Source of the DNA: Octopus sinensis
Taxonomy: Eukaryota
Assembly (NCBI RefSeq): GCF_006345805.1
Contig: NW_021833129.1
Span: 1 to 21,699, forward strand
Length of the DNA stretch: 21,699 nucleotides
Direction of reading: 5' to 3'
The notes beneath the pieces are model-generated. The model was given only the letters and a program-made list of their open reading frames with translations, was not told the origin of the DNA and searched no databases. Below are positions 1-15,000 of the stretch, in pieces (position 1 is the first letter of the stretch; every line of letters starts with the position of its first letter). Both the position numbers and the translations under genes were made by a program.

Positions 1-3000
1 TTAGGGACGTCCGTGATATTAAATTGGGGGTACTGAGATTATGTAAGAAATTGCGTAATATATTATGAAATTTAGGGACGTCCGTGATATGAAATTATGG
101 GGTACTTGAGATTATGTAAGAAATTGCGTAATATATTATGAGATTTAGGGACTTCCCTGATATGAAATTATGGGGTACTTGAGATTATGTAAGAAATTGC
201 GTAATATATTATGAAATTTAGGGACGTCAGTGATATTAATATATGGGGGGGTATCTGAGATTATGTAAGAAATTGCGTACTATATTAAAAAATTTAGGAA
301 CGTCAGTGATATGAATATATAGGGGTACTTGAGATTATGTAAGAAATTGCGTAATATATTATGAAATTTAGGGACGTCCGTTATATGAATATATGGGGGG
401 TACTTGAGATTATGTAAGAAATTGCGTAATATATTATGAAATTTAGGGACCTCCGTGATATGAAATATGGGGTACTTGAGATTATGTAAGAAATTAGGTA
501 TATATATGAAATTTAGGGACGTCCTGTGATATGAAATTATGGGGTACTTGAGATTATGTAAAAATTGCGTATATATTATGAAATTTAGGGACGTCCGTGA
601 TATGAATATTGGGTGGTACTTGAGATTATGTAAGAAATTGCGTAATATATTATGAAATTTAGGGACCTCCGTGATATTAATATTTGGGTACTTGAGATTA
701 TGTAAGAAATTAGTAATATATTATGAAATTTAGGGACGTCCGTGATATAAATTATGGGGTACTTGAGATTATGTAAGAAATTGCGTAATATATTAAAAAT
801 TTAGGAACGTCAGTGATATGAAATATATGGGGTACTTGAGATTATGTAAGAAATTGCGTAATATATTATAAATTTAGGGACGTCTGTGATATTAATATAT
901 GGGGGGTACTTGAGATTATGTAAGAAATTGCGTAATATATAATGAAATTTAGGGACGTCCGTGTATGAATTATGGGGTACTTGAGATTATGTAAGAAATT
1001 GCGTAATTATTATTAAAATTTAGGGACGTCAGTGATATGAAATATATGGGTACTTGAGATTATGTAAGAAATTGCGTAATATATTATGAAATTTAGGGAC
1101 GTCCGTGATATGAATATTGGGGGTACTTGAGATTTGATAAGAAATTAGGTTATATATTATGAAATTTAGGGACGTCCGTGATATGAAATTATGCGGTACT
1201 TGAGATTATGTAAGAAATTGCGTAATATATTATGAAATTTAGGGACGTCCGTTATATGAATATATGGGGGGTACTTGAGATTATGTAAGAAATTGCGTAA
1301 TATATTATGAAATTTAGGGACGTCCGTGATATTAATATATTGGGGTACTTGAGATTATGTAAGAAATTAGGTAATATATTATGAAATTTAGGGACGTCCG
1401 TGATATGAAATTATGGGACTTGAGATTATGTAAAAATTGCGTAATATATTATGAAATTTAGGGACGTCCGTGATATGAATATATGGGGTACTTGAGATTA
1501 TGTAAGAAATTGCGTAATATATTATGAAATTTAGGGACGTCCGTGATATTAATATATGGGGTACTTGAGATTATGTAAAAATTGCGTAATATATTAAAAA
1601 TTTAGGGACGTCCGTGATATGAATATATAGGGGTACTTGAGATTATGTAAGAAATTGCGTATATATTATGAAATTTAGGGACGTCCGTGATATGAAATTA
1701 TGGGGTACTTGAGATTATGTAAGAAATTGCGTATATATTATGAAATTTAGGGACGTCCGTGATATGAAATTATGGGGTACTTGAGATTATGTAAGAAATT
1801 GCGTAATATATTATGAAATTTAGGGACGTCCGTGATATGAAATTATGGGGTACTTGAGATTATGTAAGAAATTGCGTAATATATTATGAAATTTAGGGAA
1901 GTCCGTGATATGAAATTATGGGGTACTCGAGATTATGTAAGAAATTGCGTAATATATTATGAAATTTAGGGACGTTAGTGATATGAAATTATAGGGGTAC
2001 TTAAGATTATGTAAGTAATTACGTAATATATTAGGAAATTTAGGGACGTCAGTGATATGAATATATGGGGGTACTTGAGTTTATGTGAGAAATTGCGTAA
2101 TATATTATGAAATTTAGGGACGTCCGTGATATGAAATTATGGGGTACTTGAGATTATGTAAGAAATTGCGTAATATATTATGAAATTTAGGGACGTCCGT
2201 GATATTAATTATGGGGGTACTGAGATTATGTAAGAAATTGCGTAATATATTAAAAAATTTAGGGACGTCCGTGATATGATATATAGGGTACTTGAGATTA
2301 TGTAAGAAATTGCGTAATATATTATGAAATTTAGGGACGTCCCTGTATCTGATATTAATATAGGGGGGTACTTGAGATTATGTAAGAATTGCGTAATATA
2401 TTATGAAATTTAGGGACGTCCTGATATGAATATATATGGGGGTACTTGAGATTATGTAAGAAATTGCGTAATATATTATGAAATTTAGGGACGTCCGTGA
2501 TATGAAAATTATGGGGTACTTGAGATTATGTAAGAAATTGCGTAATATATTATGAATTTAGGGACGTCCGTGATATGATATAGGGGGTACTTGAGATTAT
2601 AAGAAATTGGTAATATATTATGAAATTTAGGGACGTCAGTGATATGAAATTATGGGTACTTGAGATTATGTAAGAAATTGCGTAATATATTATGAAATTT
2701 AGGCACGTCCGAGATATCAATATATGGGGGTACTTGAGATTATGTAAGAAATTGCGTAATATATTATGAAATTTAGGGACGTCCGTGATATCAATATATG
2801 GAGGTACTTGAGATTATGTAAGAAATTGAGTAATATATAATAATATTTAGAGACGTCCGTGATATGAATATAGTTGGTACTTGAGATTATGTAAGAAATT
2901 GCGTAATATATTATGAAATTTAGGCACTTCGAGATATGAATATATGTGGGTACTTGAGATTATGTATGAAATTGTGTATTATTTTTTGAAATTAAGGGAC

Positions 3001-6000
3001 GTCCGTAATATGAAATTATGGGGTACTTGAGATTATGTAAGAAATTGCGTAATATATTATAAAATTTAGGGACGTCCGTGATATGAATATATGGGGGTAC
3101 TTGAGATTATGTAAGAATTGCGTAATATTTAAATTTAGGGACGTCCGTGATATGAATATATGGGGGGTACTTGAGATTATGTAAGAAATTGCGTAATATA
3201 TTATGAAATTTAGGGACGTCCGTGATATGAATATATGGGGTACTTGAGATTATAAGAAATTGCGTAATATATTATGAAATTTAGGGACGTCCGTGATATG
3301 AATTATGGGGTACTTGAGATTGTGTAAAAAATTGCGTTAAATATTATGAAATTTAGGCACGTTCGTGATATAAATATATGGGGGTATTTGAGATTATGTA
3401 AGAAATTGCGTATATATTATGAAATTTAGGGACGTCCGTGATATTATTATTGGGGTACTTGAGATTATGGAAGAAATTGAGTAATATATAATTATATTTA
3501 GAGACGTCCGTGATATGAATATATGGGGTACTTGAGATTATGTATGAAATTGTGTATTATTTTTTGAAATTTAGGGACGACGTAATATGAAATGAGGGTA
3601 CTTGAGATTATGTAAGAAATTGCGTAATATATTATGAAATTTAGAGACGTCCGTGATATGAATATATGGGGGGTACTTGAGATTATGTAAGAAATTGCGT
3701 AATATATTATGAAATTTAGGGACGTCCGTGATATGAATATATGGGGTACTTGAGATTATGTAAGAAATTGCGTAATATATTATGAAATTTAGGGACGTCC
3801 GTGATATGAAATTATGGGGTACTTGAGATTATGTAAGAAATTGCGTAATATATTATGAAATTTAGGGACGTCCGTGATATGAAATTATGGGGTACTTGAG
3901 ATTATGTAAGAAATTGCGTAATATATAATGAGATTTAGGGACTTCCCTGATATGAAATTATGGGGTACTTGAGATTATGTAAGAAATTGCGTAATATATT
4001 ATGAAATTTAGGGACGTCCGTGATATGAATATATGGGGTACTTGAGATTATGTAAGAAATTGCGTAATATATTATGAAATTTAGGGACGTCCGTGATATT
4101 AAATTATGGGGTACTTGAGATTATGTAAGAAATTGCGTAATATATTATGAAATTTAGGGACGTCAGTGATATTAATATATGGGGGGGTATCTGAGATTAT
4201 GTAAGAAATTGCGTAATATATTATGAAATTTAGGGACGTCCGTGATATGAATATATGGGGTACTTGAGATTATGTAAGAAATTGCGTAATATATTATGAA
4301 ATTTAGGGACGTCCGTGATATGAAATTATGGGGTACTTGAGATTATGTAAGAAATTGCGTAATATATTATGAAATTTAGGGACGTCCGTGATATTAATAT
4401 ATGGGGGGTACTTGAGATTATGTAAGAAATTGCGTAATATATTATGAAATTTAGGGACGTCAGTGATATGAAATTATGGGGTACTTGAGATTATGTAAGA
4501 AATTGCGTAATATATTATGAAATTTAGGGACGTCCGTGATATGAATATATGGGGGGTACTTGAGATTATGTAAGAAATTGCGTAATATATTATGAAATTT
4601 AGGCACGTCCGTGATATGAAATTATGGGGTACTTGAGATTATGTAAGAAATTGCGTAATATATTATGAAATTTAGGGACGTCCGTGATATGAATAATGGG
4701 GGGTACTTGAGATTATGTAAGAAATTGCGTAATATATATTGAAATTTAGGGACGTCCGTGATATTAATATATTGGGGTACTTGAGATTATGTAAGAAATT
4801 GCGTAATATATATGAAATTTAGGGACGTCCGTGATATGAATTATGGGGTACTTGAGATTATGTAAGAAATTGCGTAATATATTATGAAAATTTAGGGACG
4901 TCCATTGATATGAATATATGGGGTACTTGAGATTATGTAAGAAATTGCGTAATATATATGAAATTTAGGGACGTCCGTGATATTAATATATGGGGGGTAC
5001 TTGAGATTATGTAAGAAATTGCGTAATATATTATGAATTTAGGGACGTCCGTGATATGAATTATGGGGTACTTGAGATTATGTAAGAATTGCGTAATATA
5101 TTAAATTTAGGGACGTCCGTGATATGAATATATGGGGGGTACTTGAGATTATGTAAGAAATTGCGTAATATATTATGAAATTTAGGGACGTCCGTGATAT
5201 GAAATTATGGGGTACTTGAGATTATGTAAGAAATTGCGTAATATATTAGAAATTTAGGGACGTCCTTGATATGAAATTATGGGGTACTTGAGATTATGTA
5301 AGAAATTGCGTAATATATTATGAAATTTAGGGACGTCCGTGATATAATATATGGGGGGTACTTGAGATTATGTAAGAAATTGCGTAATATATTATGAAAT
5401 TTAGGGACGTCCGTGATATGAAATATGGGGTACTTGAGATTATGTAAGAAATTGCGTAATATATTATGAAATTTAGGGACGTCCGTTATTGAATATATGG
5501 GGTACTTGAGATTATGTAAGAAATTGCGTAATATATTATGAAATTTAGGGACGTCCGTGATATGAATATATTGGGGTACTTGAGATTATGTAAGAATTGC
5601 GTAATATATTATGAAATTTAGGACGTCCGTGATATGAAATTATGGGGTACTTGAGATTATGTATGAAATTGCGTAATATATTATAAATTTAGGGACGTCC
5701 GTGATATTAATATATGGGGTACTTGAGATTATGTAAAAATTAGGTAATATATATGAAATTTAGGGACGTCCGTGATATGAAATTATGGGGTACTTGAGAT
5801 TATGTAAAAAATTGCGTAATATATTTAAAAATTTAGGGACGTCCGTGATATGAAATATGGGGGTACTTGAGATTATATATGAAATTGCGTAATAATTATG
5901 AAATTTAGGGACGTCCGTGATATGAAATTATGGGGGTACTTGAGATTATGTAAGAAATTGCGTAATATATAATGAATTTAGGGACGTCCGTGATATGAAA

Positions 6001-9000
6001 TTATGGGGTACTTGAGATTATGTAAGAAATTGGTAATATATTATGAAATTTAGGGACGTCCGTGATATGAAATTATGGGGTACTTGAGATTATGTAAGAA
6101 ATTGCGTAATATATTATGAATTTAGGGACGTCCGTGATATTAATTATGGGTACTTGAGATTATGTAAGAAATTGCGTAATATATTATGAAATTTAGGGAC
6201 GTCAGTGATATTAATATATGGGGGGTACTGAGATTATGTAAGAAATTGCGTAATATATTTAAAAATTTAGGGACGTCCGTGATATGAATATATGGGTACT
6301 TGAGATTATGTAAGAAATTGCGTAATATATTATGATTTAGGGACTTCCGTGATATGAAATTATGGGGTACTTGAGATTATGTAAGAAATTGCGTATATAT
6401 TATGAAATTTAGGGACGTCTGATTTAATATATGGGGGGTACTGAGATTATGTAAGAATTGCGTAATATATTATGAAATTTAGGAACGTCCGTGATATGAA
6501 TATATGGGGACTTGAGATTATGTAAGAAATTGCGTAATATATTATGAAATTTAGGGACGTCTGTGATATTAATATATGGGGGTACTTGAGATTATGTAAG
6601 AATTGCGTAATATATATGAAATTTAGGGACGTCCCTGATATGAAATTATGGGGTACTTGAGATTATATAAGAAATTGCGTAATATATTATGAAATTTAGG
6701 GACGTCAGTGATATGAAATTATGGGGTACTTGAGATTATGTAAGAAATTGCGTAATATATTATGAAATTTAGGGACGTCCGTGATATGAATATATGGGGG
6801 TACTTGAGATTATAAAGAAATTGGTTATATATTATGAAATTTAGGGACGTCCGTGATATGAAATTATGGGGTACTTGAGATTATGTAAGAAATTGCGTAA
6901 TATATTATGAAATTTAGGGACGTCCGTGATATGAATATATGGGGGGTACTTGAGATTATGTAAGAAATTGCGTAATATATTATGAAATTTAGGGACCTCC
7001 GTGATATTAATATATTGGGGTACTTGAGATTATGTAAGAAATTAGGTAATATATTATGAAATTTAGGGACGTCCGTTATATGAATATATGGGGGGTACTT
7101 GAGATTATGTAAGAAATTGCGTAATATATTATGAAATTTAGGGACGTCCGTGATATTAATATATTGGGGTACTTGAGATTATGTAAGAAATTAGGTAATA
7201 TATTATGAAATTTAGGGACGTCCGTGATATGAAATTATGGGGTACTTGAGATTATGTAAGAAATTGCGTAATATATTATGAAATTTAGGGACGTCCGTGA
7301 TATGAAATTATGGGGTACTTGAGATTATGTAAGAAATTGCGTAATATATTATGAAATTTAGGGACGTCCGTGATATGAATATATGGGGGGTACTTGAGAT
7401 TATGTAAGAAATTGCGTAATATATAATGAATTTAGGGACGTCCGTGATATGAAATTATGGGGTACTTGAGATTATGTAAGAAATTGCGTAATATATTATG
7501 AAATTTAGGGACGTCCGTGATATGAAATTATGGGGTACTTGAGATTATGTAAGAAATTGCGTAATATATTATGAAATTTAGGGACGTCCGTTATATGAAT
7601 ATATGGGGGGTACTTGAGATTATGTAAGAAATTGCGTAATATATTATGAAATTTAGGGACCTCCGTGATATTAATATATTGGGGTACTTGAGATTATGTA
7701 AGAAATTAGGTAATATATTATGAAATTTAGGGACGTCCGTGATATGAAATTATGGGGTACTTGAGATTATGTAAGAAATTGCGTAATATATTATGAAATT
7801 TAGGGACGTCCGTAATATGAATATATGGGTGGTACTTGAGATTATGTAAGAAATTGCGTAATATATTATGAAATTTAGGGACGTCAGTGATATTAATATA
7901 TGGGGGGGTACCTGAGATTAGGTAAGAAATTGCGTAATATATTATGAAATTTAGGGACGTCCGTGATATTAATATATTGGGGTACTTGAGATTATGTAAG
8001 AAATTAGGTAATATATTATGAAATTTAGGGACGTCCGTGATATGAAATTATGGGGTACTTGAGATTATGTAAGAAATTGCGTAATATATTATGAAATTTA
8101 GGGACGTCCGTGATATGAAATTATGGGGTACTTGAGATTATGTAAGAAATTGCGTATATATAAGAATTTAGGACTTCCCTGATATGAATTATGGGGTACT
8201 TGAGATTAGTAAGAAATTAGGTAATATATTATGAAATTTAGGGACGTCCGTGATATGAATTATTGGGGTACTTGAGATTATGTAAGAAATTGCGTAATAT
8301 TTATGAAATTTAGGGACGTCCGTGATATTAAATTATGGGGTACTTGAGATTATGTAAGAAATTGCGTAATATATTATGAAATTTAGGGACGTCAGTGATA
8401 TTAATATATGGGGGGGTATCTGAGATTATGTAAGAAATTGCGTACTATATTAAAAAATTTAGGAACGTCAGTGATATGAATATATAGGGGTACTTGAGAT
8501 TATGTAAGAAATTGCGTAATATATTATGAGATTTAGGGACTTCCCTGATATGAAATTATGGGGTACTTGAGATTATGTAAGAAATTGCGTAATATATTAT
8601 GAAATTTAGGGACGTCAGTGATATTAATATATGGGGGGGGTACTTGAGATTATATAAGAAATTGCGTAATATATTATTAAATTTAGGGACGTCAGTGATA
8701 TGAAATTATGGGGTACTTGAGATTATGTAAGAAATTGCGTAATATATTCTGAAATTTAGGGACGTCCGTTATATGAATATATGGGGGGTACTTGAGATTA
8801 TAAAGAAATTAGGTTATATATTATGAAATTTAGGGACGTCCGTGATATGAAATTATGCGGTACTTGAGATTATGTAAGAAATTGCGTAATATATTATGAA
8901 ATTTAGGGACGTCCGTTATATGAATATATGGGGGGTACTTGAGATTATGTAAGAAATTGCGTAATATATTATGAAATTTAGGGACGTCCGTGATATTAAT

Positions 9001-12000
9001 ATATTGGGGTACTTGAGATTATGTAAGAAATTAGGTAATATATTATGAAATTTAGGGACGTCCGTGATATGAAATTATGGGGTACTTGAGATTATGTAAG
9101 AAATTGCGTACTATATTAAAAAATTTAGAAACATCAGTGATATGAATATATAGGGGTACTTGAGATTATGTAAGAAATTGCGTAATATATTATAAAATTT
9201 AGGGACGTCTGTGATATTAATATATGGGGGGTACTTGAGATTATGTAAGAAATTGCGTAATATATTAAAAAATTTAGGAACGTCAGTGATATGAATATAT
9301 AGGGGTACTTGAGATTATGTAAGAAATTGCGTAATATATTATAAAATTTAGGGACGTCCGTGATATTAAAATGGGGGGGTACTTGAGATTATGTAAGAAA
9401 TTGCGTAATATATAATGAAATTTAGGGACGTCCGTGTATGAAATTATGGGGTACTTGAGATTATGTAAGAAATTGCGTATATATATTAAAAATTTAGGGA
9501 CGTCCGTGATATGAAATTATGGGTACTTGAGATTATGTAAGAAATTGCGTAATATATTATGAAATTTAGGGACGTCCGTGATATTAATATATGGGGGGTA
9601 CTTGAGATTATGTAAGAAATTGCGTACTATATATGAAATTTAGGGACGTCCGTGGTGATATAATATATGGGGGTACTTGAGATTATGTAAGAAATTGCGT
9701 AATATATTATGAAATTTAGGGACGTCCCTGATATGAAATTATGGGGTACTTGAGATTATGTAAGAAATTGCGTAATATATTATGAATTTAGGGACGTCAG
9801 TGATATTAATATATGGGGGTACTTGAGATTATGTAAGAAATTGCGTAATATATTAAAAATTTAGGGACGTCCGTGATATGAATATATGGGGTACTTGAGA
9901 TTATGTAAGAAATTGCGTTATATATTATGAAATTTAGGGACGTCCGTTATTGATAATATGGGGGGTACTTGAGATTATGTAAGAAATTGCGTAATTTATT
10001 ATGAAATTTAGGGACGTCCGTGATATTTATATATTGGTGTACTTGAGATTATGTAAAAAATTGCGTAATATATTATGAAATTTAGGGACGTCCGTGATAT
10101 GAATTATGGGGTACTTGAGATTATGTAAGAAATTGCGTAATATATTATGAAATTTAGGGACGTCCGTGATATGAATATATGGGGGTACTTGAGATTATGT
10201 AAGAAATTGCGTAATATATTATGAAATTTAGGGACGTCCGTGATATTAATATATTGGGGTACTTGAGATTATGTAAGAAATTAGGTAATATATTATGAAA
10301 TTTAGGGACGTCCGTGATATGAAATTATGGGGTACTTGAGATTATGTAAGAAATTGCGTAATATATTATGAAATTTAGGGACGTCCGTAATATGAATATA
10401 TGGGTGGTACTTGAGATTATGTAAGAAATTGCGTAATATATTATGAAATTTAGGGACGTCCGTGATATTAATATATTGGGGTACTTGAGATTATGTAAGA
10501 AATTAGGTAATATATTATGAAATTTAGGGACGTCCGTGATATGAAATTATGGGGTACTTGAGATTATGTAAGAAATTGCGTACTATATTAAAAAATTTAG
10601 AAACGTCAGTGATATGAATATATAGGGGTACTTGAGATTATGTAAGAAATTGCGTAATATATTATGAAATTTAGGGACGTCCGTGATATGAAATTATGGG
10701 GTACTTGAGATTATGTAAGAAATTGCGTAATATATTATGAAATTTAGGGACGTCCGTGATATTAAATTATGGGGTACTTGAGATTATGTAAGAAATAGGT
10801 AATATATTATGAAATTTAGGGACGTCCGTGATATGAAATTATGGGGTACTTGAGATTATGTAAGAAATTGCGTAATATATTATGAAATTTAGGGACGTCC
10901 GTGATATTAAATTATGGGGTACTTGAGATTATGTAAGAAATTGCGTATATATATGAAATTTAGGGACGTCAGTGATATGATATATGGGGGGTATCTGAGA
11001 TTATGTAAGAAATTGCGTACTATATTAAAAAATTTAGGAACGTCAGTGATATGAATATATAGGGGTACTTGAGATTATGTAAGAAATTGCGTAATATATT
11101 ATGAGATTTAGGGACTTCCCTGATATGAAATTATGGGGTACTTGAGATTATGTAAGAAATTGCGTAATATATTATGAAATTTAGGGACGTCAGTGATATT
11201 AATATATGGGGGGGTATCTGAGATTATGTAAGAAATTGCGTACTATATTAAAAAATTTAGGAACGTCAGTGATATGAATATATAGGGGTACTTGAGATTA
11301 TGTAAGAAATTGCGTAATATATTATAAAATTTAGGGACGTCTGTGATATTAATATATGGGGGGTACTTGAGATTATGTAAGAAATTGCGTAATATATAAT
11401 GAAATTTAGGGACGTCCCTGTATGAAATTATGGGGTACTTGAGATTATATAAGAAATTGCGTAATATATTATTAAATTTAGGGACGTCAGTGATATGAAA
11501 TTATGGGGTACTTGAGATTATGTAAGAAATTGCGTAATATATTCTGAAATTTAGGGACGTCCGTTATATGAATATATGGGGGGTACTTGAGATTATAAAG
11601 AAATTAGGTTATATATTATGAAATTTAGGGACGTCCGTGATATGAAATTATGGGGTACTTGAGATTATGTAAGAAATTGCGTAATATATTATGAAATTTA
11701 GGGACGTCCGTTATATGAATATATGGGGGGTACTTGAGATTATGTAAGAAATTGGTAATATATTATGAAATTTAGGGACGTCCGTGATATTATATATTGG
11801 GGGTACTTGAGATTATGTAAGAAATTGGTAATATATTATGAAATTTAGGGACGTCCGTGATATGAAATATGGGGTACTTGAGATTATGTAAGAAATTGCG
11901 TAATATATTATGAAATTTAGGACGTCGTGATATGAATATATGGGGGTACTTGAGATTATGTAAGAAATTGCGTAATATATTATGAAATTTAGGGACGTCA

Positions 12001-15000
12001 GTGATATTAATATATGGGGGGTACTTGAGATTATGTAAGAAATGCGTAATATTATGAAATTTAGGGACGTCCGTATATGAATATATGGGGGGTACTTGAG
12101 ATTATGTAAGAAATTGCGTAATATATTATGAAATTTAGGGACGTCGTGATATGAAATTATGGGGTACTTGAGAGTATGTAATAAATTGCGTTAAATATTA
12201 TGAAATTTAGGCACGTTCGTAATATAAATATATAGGTGTACTTGAGATTATGTAAGAAATTGAGTAATTATTATGAAATTTAGGGACGTCCGTGATATGA
12301 AATTATGGGGTACTTGAGATTATGTAAGAAATTGCGTAATATATTATGAAATTTAGGGACGTCCGTTGATATGAATATATTGGGGTACTTGAGATTATGT
12401 AAGAAATTGCGTAATATATATGAAATTTAGGGACGTCCGTGTGATATGAATATATGGGGTACTTGAGATTATGTAAGAAATTGCGTAATATATTATGAAA
12501 TTTAGGGAAGTCCGTAATATGAATATATGGGTGGTACTTGAGATTATGTAAGAAATTGCGTAATATATTATGAAATTTAGGGACCTCCGTGATATTAATA
12601 TATTGGGGTACTTGAGATTATGTAAGAAATTAGGTAATATATTATGAAATTTAGGGACGTCCGTGATATGAAATTATGGGGTACTTGAGATTATGTAAGA
12701 AATTGCGTAATATATTAAAAAATTTAGAAACGTCAGTGATATGAATATATAGGGGTACTTGAGATTATGTAAGAAATTGCGTAATATATTATAAAATTTA
12801 GGGACGTCTGTGATATTAATATATGGGGGGTACTTGAGATTATGTAAGAAATTGCGTAATATATAATGAAATTTAGGGACGTCCCTGTATGAAATTATGG
12901 GGTACTTGAGATTATGTAAGAAATTGCGTAATATTATTAAATTTAGGGACGTCCGTGATATGAAATATGGGGTACTTGAGATTATGTAAGAAATTGCGTA
13001 ATATATTATGAAATTTAGGGACGTCCGTGATATGAATATTGGGGGTACTTGAGATTATAAAGAAATTGGTTATATATTATGAAATTTAGGGACGTCGTGA
13101 TATGAAATTATGGGGTACTTGAGATTATGTAAGAAATTGCGTAATATATTATGAAATTTAGGGACGTCCGTGATATGAATATATGGGGGGTACTTGAGAT
13201 TATGTAAGAAATTGCGTAATATATTATGAAATTTGGGGACGTCCGTGATATTAATATATGGGGGTACTTGAGATTATGTAAGAAATTGCGTAATATATTA
13301 TGAAATTTAGGGACGTCCGTGATATGAAATATGGGGTACTTGAGATTATGTAAGAAATTGCGTAATATATTATGAAATTTAGGGACGTCCGTGATATGAA
13401 TATATGGGGGTACTTGAGATTATGTAAGAAATTGCGTAATATATTATGAAATTTAGGGACGTCAGTGATATTAATATATGGGGGGTACTTGAGATTATGT
13501 AAGAAATTGCGTAATATATTATGAAATTTAGGGACGTCCGTGATATTAATATATGGGGGGTACTTGAGATTATGTAAGAAATTGCGTAATATATTATGAA
13601 ATTTAGGGACGTCCGTGATATGAAATTATGGGGTACTTGAGATTATGTAAGAAATTGCGTAATATATTATGAAATTTAGGGACGTCCGTGATATGAATAT
13701 ATGGGGTACTTGAGATTATGTAAGAAATTGCGTAATATATAATGAAATTTAGGGACGTCCGTGATATGAAATTATGGGGTACTTGAGATTATGTAAGAAA
13801 TTGCGTAATATATTATGAAATTTAGGGACGTCCGTGATATGAAATTATGGGGTACTTGAGATTATGTAAGAAATTGCGTAATATATTATGAAATTTAGGG
13901 ACGTCCGTGATATTAATATATTGGGGTACTTGAGATTATGTAAGAAATTGCGTAATATATTATGAAATTTAGGGACGTCCGTGATATGAAATTATGGGGT
14001 ACTTGAGATTATGTAAGAAATTGCGTAATATATAATGAGATTTAGGGACTTCCCTGATATGAAATTATGGGGTACTTGAGATTATGTAAGAAATTAGGTA
14101 ATATATTATGAAATTTAGGGACGTCCGTGATATGAAATTATGGGGTACTTGAGATTATGTAAGAAATTGCGTAATATATTATGAAATTTAGGGACGTCCG
14201 TGATATTAAATTATGGGGTACTTGAGATTATGTAAGAAATTGCGTAATATATTATGAAATTTAGGGACGTCAGTGATATTAATATATGGGGGGGTATCTG
14301 AGATTATGTAAGAAATTGCGTACTATATTAAAAAATTTAGGAACGTCAGTGATATGAATATATAGGGGTACTTGAGATTATGTAAGAAATTGCGTAATAT
14401 ATTATGAGATTTAGGGACTTCCCTGATATGAAATTATGGGGTACTTGAGATTATGTAAGAAATTGCGTAATATATTATGAAATTTAGGGACGTCCGTAAT
14501 ATGAATATATGGGTGGTACTTGAGATTATGTAAGAAATTGCGTAATATATTATGAAATTTAGGGACGTCCGTGATATTAATATATTGGGGTACTTGAGAT
14601 TATGTAAGAAATTAGGTAATATATTATGAAATTTAGGGACGTCCGTGATATGAAATATGGGGTACTTGAGATTATGTAAGAAATTGCGTACTATATTAAA
14701 AATTTAGAACGTCCGTGATATGAATATATAGGGGTACTTGGAATATGTAAGAAATTGCGTAATATATTATGAAATTTAGGACGTCTGTGATATTAATAAT
14801 GGGGGTACTTGAGATTATGTAAGAAATTGCGTAATATATAATGAAATTTAGGGACGTCCCTGTATGAAATTATGGGGTACTTGAGATTATATAAGAAATT
14901 GCGTAATATATTATTAAATTTAGGGACGTCAGTGATATGAAATTATGGGGTACTTGAGATTATGTAAGAAATTGCGTAATATATTCTGAAATTTAGGGAC

